In this document: positions 26,342-35,518 of the stretch, piece by piece
Layout: the number at the start of each line of letters is the position of its first letter
How positions within the stretch are numbered: the stretch's first letter is position 1
DNA from: Bdellovibrionaceae bacterium UBA1609
GTDB lineage: Bacteria; Bdellovibrionota; Bdellovibrionia; Bdellovibrionales; UBA1609
Direction of reading: 5' to 3'
Assembly (NCBI GenBank): GCA_002321895.1
Contig: DCMZ01000002.1
Location: 1-64,000 of the forward strand
DNA: 64,000 bases
Position numbers and translations under genes: made by a program
The notes under the pieces: model-generated
What the model saw: the letters and a program-made list of their open reading frames with translations, nothing else
Database searches by the model: none
Told to the model about the DNA's origin: nothing

Positions 26342-26953
26342 ATGTCATTATGCAAAATAAAAATTACCCTATCGATTCTGTCATTAGTTGTTTTGGGCTG
26401 TGCCTCATCGGGTGTTGAAGTGCAAACCACTCCAGAGCCTGGAGATGTTTATATGTACAGTTCCAATGGAGAAAAGAAGAATCTTGGACCGGCTCCGGTT
26501 ACCATTCCAGTGAAAGACTTAAAAGCTATTGATGGAGATTTAATACATTTAGGTGTCGAAAAAGAGGGTTTCGTTAAAGAACAGCTCTACATTAACAAAG
26601 CCAATTTCGGCGTGAATGCGAGCATTACTGTAAAGATGACTCCGTTGGCTAATTGGAACAAGGTTTATCAGGATGACCAGGCCAATAAATACTTGGCTGA
26701 AGTGGCTCGACTGGCAGCAGAAATTCAAAGTGCAACGGTGAAAAGAGAACTTGGTCGTGCGGAACAGTTAGCAAAGACCATGGTGGATCAATTTCCAAAA
26801 CTTGAAGTGGCTTGGAACTTATTGGGGAATATCTATTATTTGCAGAAGCGCGCGAGTGATGCACTCAATGCTTATAACAAAGCTGTTGCCCTGAATCCAT
26901 CTAGTGTGGAAGCAAAAAATATGATTAACAAACTTCGTGGAATTAATTTTTAA
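26342..26953 (+). CDS. TPR-containing lipoprotein, first gene of the motAB cluster
   Basis: Lipobox VVLGCASS. C-terminal TPR-like helices (AWNLLGNIYYLQKRASDALNAYNKAVALNPSSVEA). 13-nt gap to motA. Confidence 0.55.
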   Translation: MSLCKIKITLSILSLVVLGCASSGVEVQTTPEPGDVYMYSSNGEKKNLGPAPVTIPVKDLKAIDGDLIHLGVEKEGFVKEQLYINKANFGVNASITVKMTPLANWNKVYQDDQANKYLAEVARLAAEIQSATVKRELGRAEQLAKTMVDQFPKLEVAWNLLGNIYYLQKRASDALNAYNKAVALNPSSVEAKNMINKLRGINF

Positions 26954-26966
26954 AGGGGTCTAAAAA

Positions 26967-27776
26967 ATGTCACATTTATTTGGTCTCATAATTGCGGGAA
27001 TGCTTTTACGGTCCGCCATGTGGTTATTGGACATGGATTCCAGTTACTATGTGGAAGAAGTCGCATTGATTATTGTTTTTGGTGGAACAATAAGTGCTGC
27101 GATCATTACCTATTCCGTACCGGAACTGGTGAAAATGATTCGAGCTCTTTTCCGAATTGGTAAAAAAATGCCGGAAAGTAGAACGGCAACGGTTCATCAA
27201 ATAATAGATTTGGCGAAAAGGGCCAAGGAGTCTCCTCAAGCCCTATATGATGCAATGGATGATTCCAACTATAATCCTTATTTTAGAGATGGTTTAGAAC
27301 TCATTGTTTCGGGGTTCAGCCGAGGCGATTTAGAGACCGTAATGTCAGAAAGACTTTTTCGGGATCGGGAGCGTGATGAATCCTATGGATTGTTGTTAAG
27401 AACAATATCAAAGTATCCTCCCGCTTTTGGTTTGGTGGGTACAGTGCTCGGTCTGGTTTCGGTGATGAGAGCGGTTTCAACCGGAGCTGATGCCGCAGAG
27501 ATTGGTCTACAGATGGCCCTCGCTCTTGTGGCCACGTTCTATGGGTTGATTCTTACGAATTTCGTTTTGGTTCCAATGGCAGAGAATTTGATAAATAAGG
27601 CGGCTAAAAATATGACTCATAGGGAGTTAATGTTGGAAGGCCTACTGCTAATTAATGACAAACGATCTCCTGTCTATGTGCAAGAAGTGATGAACTCCTA
27701 CTTGTCACCGACTCAGAGAAAAGATCATGTGGGTATACGGGGAGGTGCTGCTGGAAATAGAGCTTCGGCAGCATAG
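26967..27776 (+). CDS. motA: MotA/TolQ/ExbB-family proton channel (flagellar stator MotA-like)
   Basis: 269 aa, 4 TM. YPPAFGLVGTVLGLVSVM and ALALVATFYGLILTNFV are MotA plug/TM3-4 signatures. Confidence 0.85.
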   Translation: MSHLFGLIIAGMLLRSAMWLLDMDSSYYVEEVALIIVFGGTISAAIITYSVPELVKMIRALFRIGKKMPESRTATVHQIIDLAKRAKESPQALYDAMDDSNYNPYFRDGLELIVSGFSRGDLETVMSERLFRDRERDESYGLLLRTISKYPPAFGLVGTVLGLVSVMRAVSTGADAAEIGLQMALALVATFYGLILTNFVLVPMAENLINKAAKNMTHRELMLEGLLLINDKRSPVYVQEVMNSYLSPTQRKDHVGIRGGAAGNRASAA

Positions 27777-27788
27777 AGGTTTATAGAG

Positions 27789-28724
27789 ATGCAAGAAAAT
27801 ACGAGTTCAAAATTTAGAAACTCTAAAAAGGATCGACTCCATGTGGGGCCGGTTGAAGGGGATCATAACAGTAACTGGGCGATCAGTTATGGGGATATGA
27901 TCACTTTGCTTTTAGCTTTCTTTGTTTTGTTCTTTAGCATCGATAAATCCAATAAAGATCTTCAGATTCTTGAGCGCAAAATTGATGAGGAATATAAAGA
28001 AGAAAAAAATGTACCCAAAGTAGCTGATGCTCAATGGGGCGCAGTTAAAAGCAATATAAAAGCAGACGGAAGAAAATCCAGTACGGGTCATATTGACCAA
28101 TCCCCAAGCCAAGAGGGACTCACTTCAAAATCTCTCAAAGTGACAGATGGGCGTTCACCTTCGTCGGCCATTCATGAAATAGTTGAGGACTTACCCGAAG
28201 TTTCTACTGAAATTCAGGGAAATAAAATGATCATTCAGTTTCCTGAAGTTTCTTTCTTCGACTCAGCTCAATTCACATTGACTAGCGAAGGCGATAGAGC
28301 TCTACAGAGATTCGCAAAAATCTTTAAAACAGTTAGAGGCCGGTTAAGATTAGTCGTCCGCGGGTATACGGACAATAGGCCCGTAAAATCGGGGAAAGTA
28401 TATAAAGATAACTTGGAATTATCCGCACTACGAGGAATTGCGGCCTTAAGATCCCTGAATTCAAGTGGAGTGCCGTATCATCTCATGCGAATCGGTGGTT
28501 ATGGAGAGTCAGACAAGAGTCAAGACGTGTCCGACAGGGAATTACAAAAGTATGATCGGAAAGTGGTGCTTGTAGTAGAGCCATTGGATGCCACAGAAAG
28601 AGGGTTCGAAGAAGAAACAGCTTCAAGAATTCCTTCGAGTCAATCTGAGGGTAAAGATAATAGCGATATTGAAGACATAGGAAATAAGGAAACGGAAAGT
28701 AAGGTCAAGGAGAATCAAAAATGA
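27789..28724 (+). CDS. motB: MotB-like stator protein with a C-terminal OmpA-family peptidoglycan-binding domain
   Basis: WAISYGDMITLLLAFFVLFFSI (MotB TM/plug) plus VRGYTDNRPV...NLELSALRGIAAL (OmpA-like). Confidence 0.85.
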   Translation: MQENTSSKFRNSKKDRLHVGPVEGDHNSNWAISYGDMITLLLAFFVLFFSIDKSNKDLQILERKIDEEYKEEKNVPKVADAQWGAVKSNIKADGRKSSTGHIDQSPSQEGLTSKSLKVTDGRSPSSAIHEIVEDLPEVSTEIQGNKMIIQFPEVSFFDSAQFTLTSEGDRALQRFAKIFKTVRGRLRLVVRGYTDNRPVKSGKVYKDNLELSALRGIAALRSLNSSGVPYHLMRIGGYGESDKSQDVSDRELQKYDRKVVLVVEPLDATERGFEEETASRIPSSQSEGKDNSDIEDIGNKETESKVKENQK

Positions 28725-30529
28725 AAAATACAGTGAAGATACACGGACTCTTCATTGCTATTCTTTTGGCAATTTCGACAATCGTTGTAATGCCAACAGC
28801 GGAAGCATCAAGAGTTCCAGAGATCGAACAGTTTTACCTGTCGAAAACCAGAGAGTTTTTGCAGCTCAGGTTTCCCAACGAACCTTTCTCTGTTTCAGTA
28901 ATAGTGGATACAGGCCGTGCTGAACCCACTCGAAAAGATTTTAATCGTCAATCCAACTCGAATAGTGTGACCAATTTACCTTATTTAGATATTGAAGAGG
29001 AAGAACTGGAAATATGGGATAGAACGGATATTCCATTGAACAACTTGATTGCTCAATTGCGTCGAGTTGAATTGCAAATTCAAATTGATTCATCAATGTC
29101 GGACGAAGATATCGTTGCATTACAAGACTCATTAGCTACTCATTTAAAGCTTGATCCAGGATCTGATGCTGTAAAAATTTATAAAATGGATTGGACTAAG
29201 CTTGAAAGATATAGAACTGTTGGCTGGGTGACGGGACTTCTTGCCTTTGCCATGGTTCTTGTTTTTGGTGTGTTCTATTTACTTGCAAAGCTCAGTGTTA
29301 GAAGTCTCGTGAAAGGTTTAGGTACACCTATTCGCGAGTTGGGCCAAAGTACGAAGAAGTTTGCTGATGATGCCTTATCTATTGCGACGGAAATGTCCAC
29401 TCCAGCAACTGCATCCGTACAAAAAATAAATGGTGCTAGTGTTGCTGGCAATGACGACGGAGATGAGCTGACTCATGGATCTAATTTACTGGAGATTCGT
29501 GAGAGCGCTTTAGAGCTTATCGATAGGAATAAGGAGTTCTTTGCTAATCCTGATGCCAATTTTATGGACTTTTTGAATAAGAGGGGTCAGAGAGATCCTG
29601 AAACAGTAGGATCAATTCTCGCTGAGCTACATAAAGATAGTCTAAAGCATCTCTTTGAAAACGGAAGTGGCGATTGGTGGTTTGTTGCCATTTCTCATCC
29701 GGGTCCGTTGTCTCCAAAATCCATATCAGTTCTAAGTGAAATTGATAAAATGCGATTAAGGATGACCTTTAATGAATCCAGCCGGGTGGCTCAAGTTCAA
29801 CAAGAATTCAAAGAAGAAGGTTTAATATTTTCTCGAATTCCTGTGACGAACTTAGCAGATATTTTTGGAGATCTATCTATTGAAAAGGCACTAGGAATTT
29901 TTGAGGTGATGCCAAGAACAAAAGCATTAGCCGTGGCAAAAGAAATGTATCCTGGGCAGTGGGCGGCCTTTCTTTTAGATCAAAAAGATAATCACGATCC
30001 TATTGATCGGGCTCTTTTAAGTCAGTTTATGGTGGAAGCTCAGAAGCGATTTCCGAAGCGAAAAGACGCAGCCATTCAGAAGTTTTTTGAAGAGATGGAT
30101 CTGTCTCTGTATTTAGATACGGCTAATACTAGGGATGAAAGAGATTTCTATGTGGCTCTTCCAAAAGATTCTAATATTCTTAATACAAGAACTCCCTTCT
30201 TTAGCGTGTTCGATGCCTCTAAAGGCATCTTGAAAACACTAGGAACGGCATTGTCTCCTCAAGACTGGGCTCTTGTTCTGACTCATGCGGAACATCATGA
30301 ACGGGATAAGTTTCTTAATGCCATACCGGAAAGACTTTCTTTTCGGATTCATGAAGAGGGTCGTGGCATTAAGATCACTCCACAGGATGAACCCCATATA
30401 CGTTATTTAAAAAGATCATTAGTAGCAGCTTATATAGAAGAAACCAACAAGTCCAATGCGGATGTGCAGGATCTAATAAATGAAATTGATGCAACTCAGA
30501 GTATTGCCAATGAGGAGCCTGCGGCTTAG
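28721..30529 (+). CDS. Uncharacterised 602-aa two-TM membrane protein (periplasmic loop and a large cytoplasmic helical domain) translationally coupled to motB
   Basis: ATGA overlap with motB. TM1 at residues 9-25 and TM2 WVTGLLAFAMVLVFGVFYLLA. Cytoplasmic region has helical repeats (LADIFGDLSIEKALGIFEVMPRTKALAVAKEM) faintly reminiscent of MgtE-N/FliG-type repeats. Confidence 0.6.
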   Translation: MKNTVKIHGLFIAILLAISTIVVMPTAEASRVPEIEQFYLSKTREFLQLRFPNEPFSVSVIVDTGRAEPTRKDFNRQSNSNSVTNLPYLDIEEEELEIWDRTDIPLNNLIAQLRRVELQIQIDSSMSDEDIVALQDSLATHLKLDPGSDAVKIYKMDWTKLERYRTVGWVTGLLAFAMVLVFGVFYLLAKLSVRSLVKGLGTPIRELGQSTKKFADDALSIATEMSTPATASVQKINGASVAGNDDGDELTHGSNLLEIRESALELIDRNKEFFANPDANFMDFLNKRGQRDPETVGSILAELHKDSLKHLFENGSGDWWFVAISHPGPLSPKSISVLSEIDKMRLRMTFNESSRVAQVQQEFKEEGLIFSRIPVTNLADIFGDLSIEKALGIFEVMPRTKALAVAKEMYPGQWAAFLLDQKDNHDPIDRALLSQFMVEAQKRFPKRKDAAIQKFFEEMDLSLYLDTANTRDERDFYVALPKDSNILNTRTPFFSVFDASKGILKTLGTALSPQDWALVLTHAEHHERDKFLNAIPERLSFRIHEEGRGIKITPQDEPHIRYLKRSLVAAYIEETNKSNADVQDLINEIDATQSIANEEPAA

Positions 30530-31103
30530 CAGGGTACTTTTTGGTGCCATAACAGTTTTAATTTATTTTTGTAGCCTACCCGTGGCTGCAGAAACTAAGT
30601 ACCCCTATCAGGTGTTCCTACAGGGTGGTACATATAACTTTGAAGTGACTACGGAGACCAACGACTCATCAGATACATTGTCTGGTTTTGGGGCTTATTC
30701 CATTGGTGTTGGAGCCACTATTTTTCAAAAATTTCTAGTCGTTGCAGGATATAGTTTAATTCTGAGTGACGGTTTCACCGGTAGCACAGCTACAGGCTTA
30801 GATTTTGGGATGCGATATTATCATTGGACACGGCCATCCATGGAAGTTTCTGAAGTAGAGAATCTAGAGATGTCAGTTTACAACCTCTATAACCCATATG
30901 TGGGATTAGCGGTTCGCTCTCGGGATTTTCTATCTACCCTTACATCCACCTATCTTGGCTTGGGTTTTGTGGCAGGGTTAGATTACAGGTATAAAAAGGA
31001 CTACTATTTAAATGCCGAGTTCAGATATGAAGAGTTGGAGAGCCCGGCCTCAAAAACGCTAGTTCAAATGAATATTTTATTTGGAATTGGAGTGTATTTC
31101 TAA
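30510..31103 (+). CDS. Outer-membrane beta-barrel protein (OmpA/OmpW-like small barrel)
   Basis: Signal peptide (LFGAITVLIYFCSLPVAA); amphipathic beta-strands; C-terminal ILFGIGVYF aromatic beta-signal. Confidence 0.55.
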   Translation: MRSLRLSRVLFGAITVLIYFCSLPVAAETKYPYQVFLQGGTYNFEVTTETNDSSDTLSGFGAYSIGVGATIFQKFLVVAGYSLILSDGFTGSTATGLDFGMRYYHWTRPSMEVSEVENLEMSVYNLYNPYVGLAVRSRDFLSTLTSTYLGLGFVAGLDYRYKKDYYLNAEFRYEELESPASKTLVQMNILFGIGVYF

Positions 31104-31278
31104 TAGAGAATCGCCCGAAAGCCGCTCAGGTACAATGAAACAGGCGATGAGTGACAATTTTTGTGTAAGTGCTCGAAAACTCTTCAACATCGATTTTAGA
31201 ATTTCAGTATTACGGAAGAATCGTCTTATATTGGTTTTAAGGGATTGTTTTAGAAAATTAATTTTAGGGAGAAGAGAG

Positions 31279-31710
31279 ATGGGAACGGGACAAATGATAT
31301 TAGCCAAAAAATTAGGTTATGTTCTAATAATGGTCCTCGCTGTGAGTTTCGCAATGGAGAGCAGCGCTATCAGTGGAAAGTCCATTAGAAGCAAGATATC
31401 TAAACAAAGATCCGATTTTAGAGATTGTTATGATAAAAATTTAAAGCGATTTCCTAGAATGAATGGTGAGACAGAGTTGTCATGGACAATCAATGATAAG
31501 GGTGAAGCTAAGGGTATTAAAATTACCCGTAGAATGAATCGAAGTGTAGACCGTTGCTTGGCAAAAGTTCTTTCAGAAATTCATTTTCCAAAGGCGCCCG
31601 AGGGTCAAGAGATAACGGTCAGCTATCCGTTTGTGTTTGAACAGGCTCCATTTGATAATGATCGAAAACCGTCTTCTTATAAGAAACCTAGAAAAACGGT
31701 AAAGAAATAG
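31279..31710 (+). CDS. Small secreted protein consisting of an AgmX/PglI C-terminal-type domain
   Basis: Start at MGTGQM preceded by GGGAGAAGAGAG. DCYDKNLKRFPRMNGETELSWTINDKGEAKGIKITRRMNRSVDRCLAKVLSEIHFPKAPEGQEITVSYPFVF matches my recollection of the CY...G.v.v.f.I...G.v...C......FP.P.....v.YPF.F pattern of that domain. Confidence 0.5.
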   Translation: MGTGQMILAKKLGYVLIMVLAVSFAMESSAISGKSIRSKISKQRSDFRDCYDKNLKRFPRMNGETELSWTINDKGEAKGIKITRRMNRSVDRCLAKVLSEIHFPKAPEGQEITVSYPFVFEQAPFDNDRKPSSYKKPRKTVKK

Positions 31711-31718
31711 TTTTAGAT

Positions 31719-32462
31719 TTATTTTGTCGCCAAGGTAGATTGCCGTTTACCGGAATATCCAGGTTTATCTAGAATTTGAAATTCGTTTGTCCGTAATGCT
31801 CTTTTCAGCGTACCCGTAGCTGCATAGGTAGATAATACACAAGATGAAGCGGCACATTTACCAATGAGGTCAGTTAAAAACTCTTCCGACCAAATGGTGG
31901 AATTCATTTTATTGGAATACATATCGTAGAAGATCACAGTTCTCTCCTGAGATTTTTCCAATGCTTCCGTTATAGAGTCATGTAACATAAAACTTTTAGT
32001 TTCATATAGGGCTTTGATTTGGTCATAAATTCTGGTGGATTCAACTCCATAGTGGTCAGCAGACATTTGAAGAATTTTTTGATAAACCTCAGTAAGGTCG
32101 GATGGTTTCTCAGACAGCCAGTTTATGAATTGATTTTTCAGATAGGGTATTACTTCATAGGAGTGAAGCGATGAGATGGGCCTATTTTTCTGTAAGGAAT
32201 GGGCTACGGAGAGAATTTCGTTGTAACCTATTCCTAATCCTGCAGAGAGAATTTGAATGCTATCCGTTTTGGAAAAAGCCAGCTCTAGAGATTCTTGATA
32301 GATATAGAGGCTTTCAGAAAAGGCCCCTGCCGAGTGGTGCATGACCTCATCCAGTTGGTCAGTAGCAAAAAATTGCAAACTGGGACTGCCATCTCCAGTC
32401 AGAACCAACTTAAAGTCATTTGGCAGTTTAATATGTGGGAAGGTTTGCATTTTTACCATTGA
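31719..32462 (-). CDS. MnmC N-terminal-domain-like (DUF752) SAM-dependent methyltransferase, standalone
   Basis: DEVMHHSAGAFSESLYIYQESLEL...IQILSAGLGIGYNEI and the C-terminal STYAATGTLKRALRTNEFQILDKPGYSGKRQST resemble the tRNA mnm5U methyltransferase domain. Start placed at MVKMQT; the ORF track extends to 32777, overlapping the divergent gene. Confidence 0.5.
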   Translation of the reverse strand, partial: SMVKMQTFPHIKLPNDFKLVLTGDGSPSLQFFATDQLDEVMHHSAGAFSESLYIYQESLELAFSKTDSIQILSAGLGIGYNEILSVAHSLQKNRPISSLHSYEVIPYLKNQFINWLSEKPSDLTEVYQKILQMSADHYGVESTRIYDQIKALYETKSFMLHDSITEALEKSQERTVIFYDMYSNKMNSTIWSEEFLTDLIGKCAASSCVLSTYAATGTLKRALRTNEFQILDKPGYSGKRQSTLATK

Positions 32463-32480
32463 TTGCTTAGATAGTAAGCC

Positions 32481-33506
32481 ATGGACACAATGGCAACAAA
32501 AAACCAGACAGATTGGAATGGGATTCCCTATTATCCGATCAGTCGGTATTACAAAGAGTTCTTTGGGGAAAAAGTCCTCAAGTTGCCAGTAAGTGTTCCT
32601 GGAACCTGTCCCAATAGGGAAGGTTTGAATGGGATGCAGGTGTGTAATTTCTGCGACGAGTGGGGTTCTGCAGCCTATCCAGAGAGTCGTGACCAAGAGT
32701 TGTTTGATCAGATTCGGCATAACAAAACTCAAGTTTTGCGAAAAGGCAAAGCAAAGCAATTTCTCGTTTACTTTCAATCTTACACTTTCACTTACTCTCG
32801 TGTGGCTCGTTTAGAAAAATATATGGAAGCATGCTTGGACTTAGGCGATATCTGTGGCTTTGTTATTGGTACTCGTCCCGACTGTATTTCAGATGCCGTT
32901 ATTGATTTGTGGAATCGTTTTGCAGAAAAGGTTCCGGTGTTCATCGAATTGGGAGTTCAGTCTTTCGATGATTCCCAGCTGAATTGGATGAGTCGTGGGC
33001 ATGATGCTCAAAGGTCGATAAAGGCACTTCTCCGGCTACAGAAAAAGTGCCCCACACTGAATGTGGGGATACATTTAATGTTTGGGATGCCCGGGGAGAC
33101 GGATCATCAAATTAGAGAAACGGCCGAGTTGGTGAACCAGCTACCCATTCATAATGTTAAACTTCACAATTTACATGTATTAAAAAATACGCCGCTAGAA
33201 CAAGATTTTAGAGCAGGTCTCTTTACACCGATTGATTTTGAAAAGTATTGCCAGCGAGTGGGTATATTTTTACAACACCTGAAACCGTCTCTTCCCATTC
33301 ATCGATTGGCAGCCAATTCATCTAGGCGCGACGAGCTTGTGAGTCCTGAGTGGACGGGTGATAAAATGCGTACCTATCAACAAATGCTGGATTATTTAAT
33401 TCAAAACGATATTTATCAAGGTCAGCTTTATAAAGAGGATGAGGAGCAGCTTAAAACTTCACCTACGCATCTTCCGTTGGAATTTTTCAGTTATCAATCA
33501 CAGTAA
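32481..33506 (+). CDS. TIGR01212/YhcC-like radical SAM protein
   Basis: GTCPNREGLNGMQVCNFCDE cysteine cluster near the N-terminus, and a length and pattern typical of the YhcC family. Confidence 0.7.
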   Translation: MDTMATKNQTDWNGIPYYPISRYYKEFFGEKVLKLPVSVPGTCPNREGLNGMQVCNFCDEWGSAAYPESRDQELFDQIRHNKTQVLRKGKAKQFLVYFQSYTFTYSRVARLEKYMEACLDLGDICGFVIGTRPDCISDAVIDLWNRFAEKVPVFIELGVQSFDDSQLNWMSRGHDAQRSIKALLRLQKKCPTLNVGIHLMFGMPGETDHQIRETAELVNQLPIHNVKLHNLHVLKNTPLEQDFRAGLFTPIDFEKYCQRVGIFLQHLKPSLPIHRLAANSSRRDELVSPEWTGDKMRTYQQMLDYLIQNDIYQGQLYKEDEEQLKTSPTHLPLEFFSYQSQ

Positions 33507-34527
33507 TTTCAGACTCTACTCTAAGTTCATGCGATACTGGTTTTGAGGAGAAGGAGTTTTCTATGAGCTCTCCTCTGGGGATAAGTTGATAATTCTTATT
33601 CTTGTCCATCCAGCATAGAAACTGTCTTTTGGAATCAGAACAAACCATTTGCAGTGTTTTCCCCTTCTGTTTTTGTGGATCGCCAGTGATTCGAGAGCGA
33701 TCAAGGGTGGGGGGAGTTCTGTGACTTGTCGCCAAGTAGCTCATAGTTAAAGTATTGTTTTTAATGGGGATGTTTTTTTCAATGGAGTGAGACCATTCTT
33801 CGGGTAATTTTGGTTTAACCCGATCATGGCAAAAGTCCTTTTTACTATGTACGAGCAAAGGACATTGTTGCTGGTGGGTGCAAGGGCCCCATACTAAATG
33901 GGATGGAGTATCTATAAGCTTTTGTCTTAATTCCAGCAGGGGACGGCCTTTTTGATGGGTGGAAGGTTCTACTATGAGTAGATTTTTAGCTGTGTAAATC
34001 CATTCCGGCAATTTTGGGAGTTCATTGAGACTGTAGCTCATCAGTAGAAGACAGGACTCTTTTTTGATCCATGGCAGGATGTCAGCCTCTTTTTCTAACC
34101 ACTGATTGGAAATCTCTAAGACTCCCTTTTTCTGGAACATTCTATGAGTCTTCTTAGGGGCTTCAACAGGTTCATAATTTAAAATCTGATTTACCAGGCC
34201 CGTGTTCTCAAAGGAGAGGCTGCCCGTACCAGGGCCACTTCCAAAATCGACGATGGTGTCTATTCCTTCAAAAAAGCCGGTAGGGATTAATCTTCCAATT
34301 ACATGACGAAGTCGCAAAATATTAAGCGGCAGAAAATAGAGATTATAGGTCTTTGAAAAAGTAGGATGATCCCAGGGGGTGGGTAGGTTCGATTGAAAGT
34401 GATCAGAAAGTCCTAAAATAGAGCTTCCCAGCTGACGCTGACCATTAGAATCCTTAGGGAGCTGCGTTCTCCACCACAATTCAAATCCAGTTGGCAGGTT
34501 ATCCAGTGTTTGATAGGTTTCAGACAT
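33487..34527 (-). CDS. Rsm22-like class I SAM-dependent methyltransferase with a C-terminal Cys cluster
   Basis: IVDFGSGPGTGS (motif I) and later CTHQQQCPLLVHSKKDFCH. 3' end overlaps the convergent radical-SAM gene by 20 nt. Confidence 0.5.
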   Translation of the reverse strand: MSETYQTLDNLPTGFELWWRTQLPKDSNGQRQLGSSILGLSDHFQSNLPTPWDHPTFSKTYNLYFLPLNILRLRHVIGRLIPTGFFEGIDTIVDFGSGPGTGSLSFENTGLVNQILNYEPVEAPKKTHRMFQKKGVLEISNQWLEKEADILPWIKKESCLLLMSYSLNELPKLPEWIYTAKNLLIVEPSTHQKGRPLLELRQKLIDTPSHLVWGPCTHQQQCPLLVHSKKDFCHDRVKPKLPEEWSHSIEKNIPIKNNTLTMSYLATSHRTPPTLDRSRITGDPQKQKGKTLQMVCSDSKRQFLCWMDKNKNYQLIPRGELIENSFSSKPVSHELRVESEITVIDN

Positions 34528-34607
34528 AATACGTTATAGAGAGGCTGTCGCAGGTCTGTCTATTTTTTACCGATTTTTTTTTGAACATTGTAAAGAAGGG
34601 ATGAGTT

Positions 34608-35456
34608 ATGTGGGCAATTATTGGCGGTTCAGGGTTTGAAAACTTTGAAGGCTTTGAAGTCGTAGAGGAATTGGATCGAACAACTCCATTTGGTGAGGCC
34701 TCCTCTGGATTTAAAAAGGTTAAATTAGATGGACGGGAAATATTGTTCATGTCTCGGCACGGGGCTCACCACGAAAACCTTCCTTCAGAGGTCAACTATA
34801 GAGCAAATATTTATGCCCTGAAAAAGCATGGGGCTAAGGCCATTTTAAGTGTTTCTGCTATTGGTAGTTTAAAGCAAGAGTATAAGCCGGGGGACTTAGT
34901 GGTTCCTACGCAATACATTGATAGAACCAAGGGTGTTCGTAACCATACCTTTTTTGGAGAGGGATTGATTGGTCACGTCTCTTTAGCGAAGCCAGTGTCC
35001 GGCGCTATCGTTGAGCAGGTGGAGCCTTTGACGAAAGACATTGGCTTTGATTGCCATTTCGGAGCCACATATGTGTGTATTGAAGGACCTTATTTTTCTA
35101 CGAAGGCCGAATCTAACTTTTACAGACAAATTGGAGCGACGATCATTGGAATGACTAACTTTCCTGAGTTTGCGCTGGCAAGAGAAGCGGGGCTTAGTTA
35201 TATGCCTTGCTGTTTTGTTACGGATTATGACTGCTGGGATGACTCTATCCCTCACGTCACTGTGGAAGAGGTGATAACTATCATGCGCCAAAACAACTCG
35301 AAAGCGTTTGAGTTGGCCAAACGAGTGACGGCCTTAAATGAAGCATGGGCCTCTTGTGACGCCAGTGAAACTGGATTTAAATCAGGTTTATTTATGCCAC
35401 CGGAGGCTATTCCTGCGGACAAAAAGGGATGGGTAGACGTTCTGATGAATTCCTAA
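34608..35456 (+). CDS. mtnP: S-methyl-5'-thioadenosine phosphorylase / PNP-family nucleoside phosphorylase
   Basis: MWAIIGGSGFENFEG...ILFMSRHGAHHENLPSEVNYRANIYALKKHGAKAILSVSAIGSL is the MTAP-type pattern. Confidence 0.8.
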   Translation: MWAIIGGSGFENFEGFEVVEELDRTTPFGEASSGFKKVKLDGREILFMSRHGAHHENLPSEVNYRANIYALKKHGAKAILSVSAIGSLKQEYKPGDLVVPTQYIDRTKGVRNHTFFGEGLIGHVSLAKPVSGAIVEQVEPLTKDIGFDCHFGATYVCIEGPYFSTKAESNFYRQIGATIIGMTNFPEFALAREAGLSYMPCCFVTDYDCWDDSIPHVTVEEVITIMRQNNSKAFELAKRVTALNEAWASCDASETGFKSGLFMPPEAIPADKKGWVDVLMNS

Positions 35457-35492
35457 AAAAAATAGTGTTAATTTTTTAGTGTCTGGAAGAAA

Positions 35493-35518
35493 AGAGGGAG
35501 AAATCTCTCTTTTTTTTT
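35493..35518 (+). terminator. Rho-independent terminator of mtnP (7-bp stem, GAAA tetraloop, T9)
   Basis: agaggga-gaaa-tctctct ttttttttt. Confidence 0.75.
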
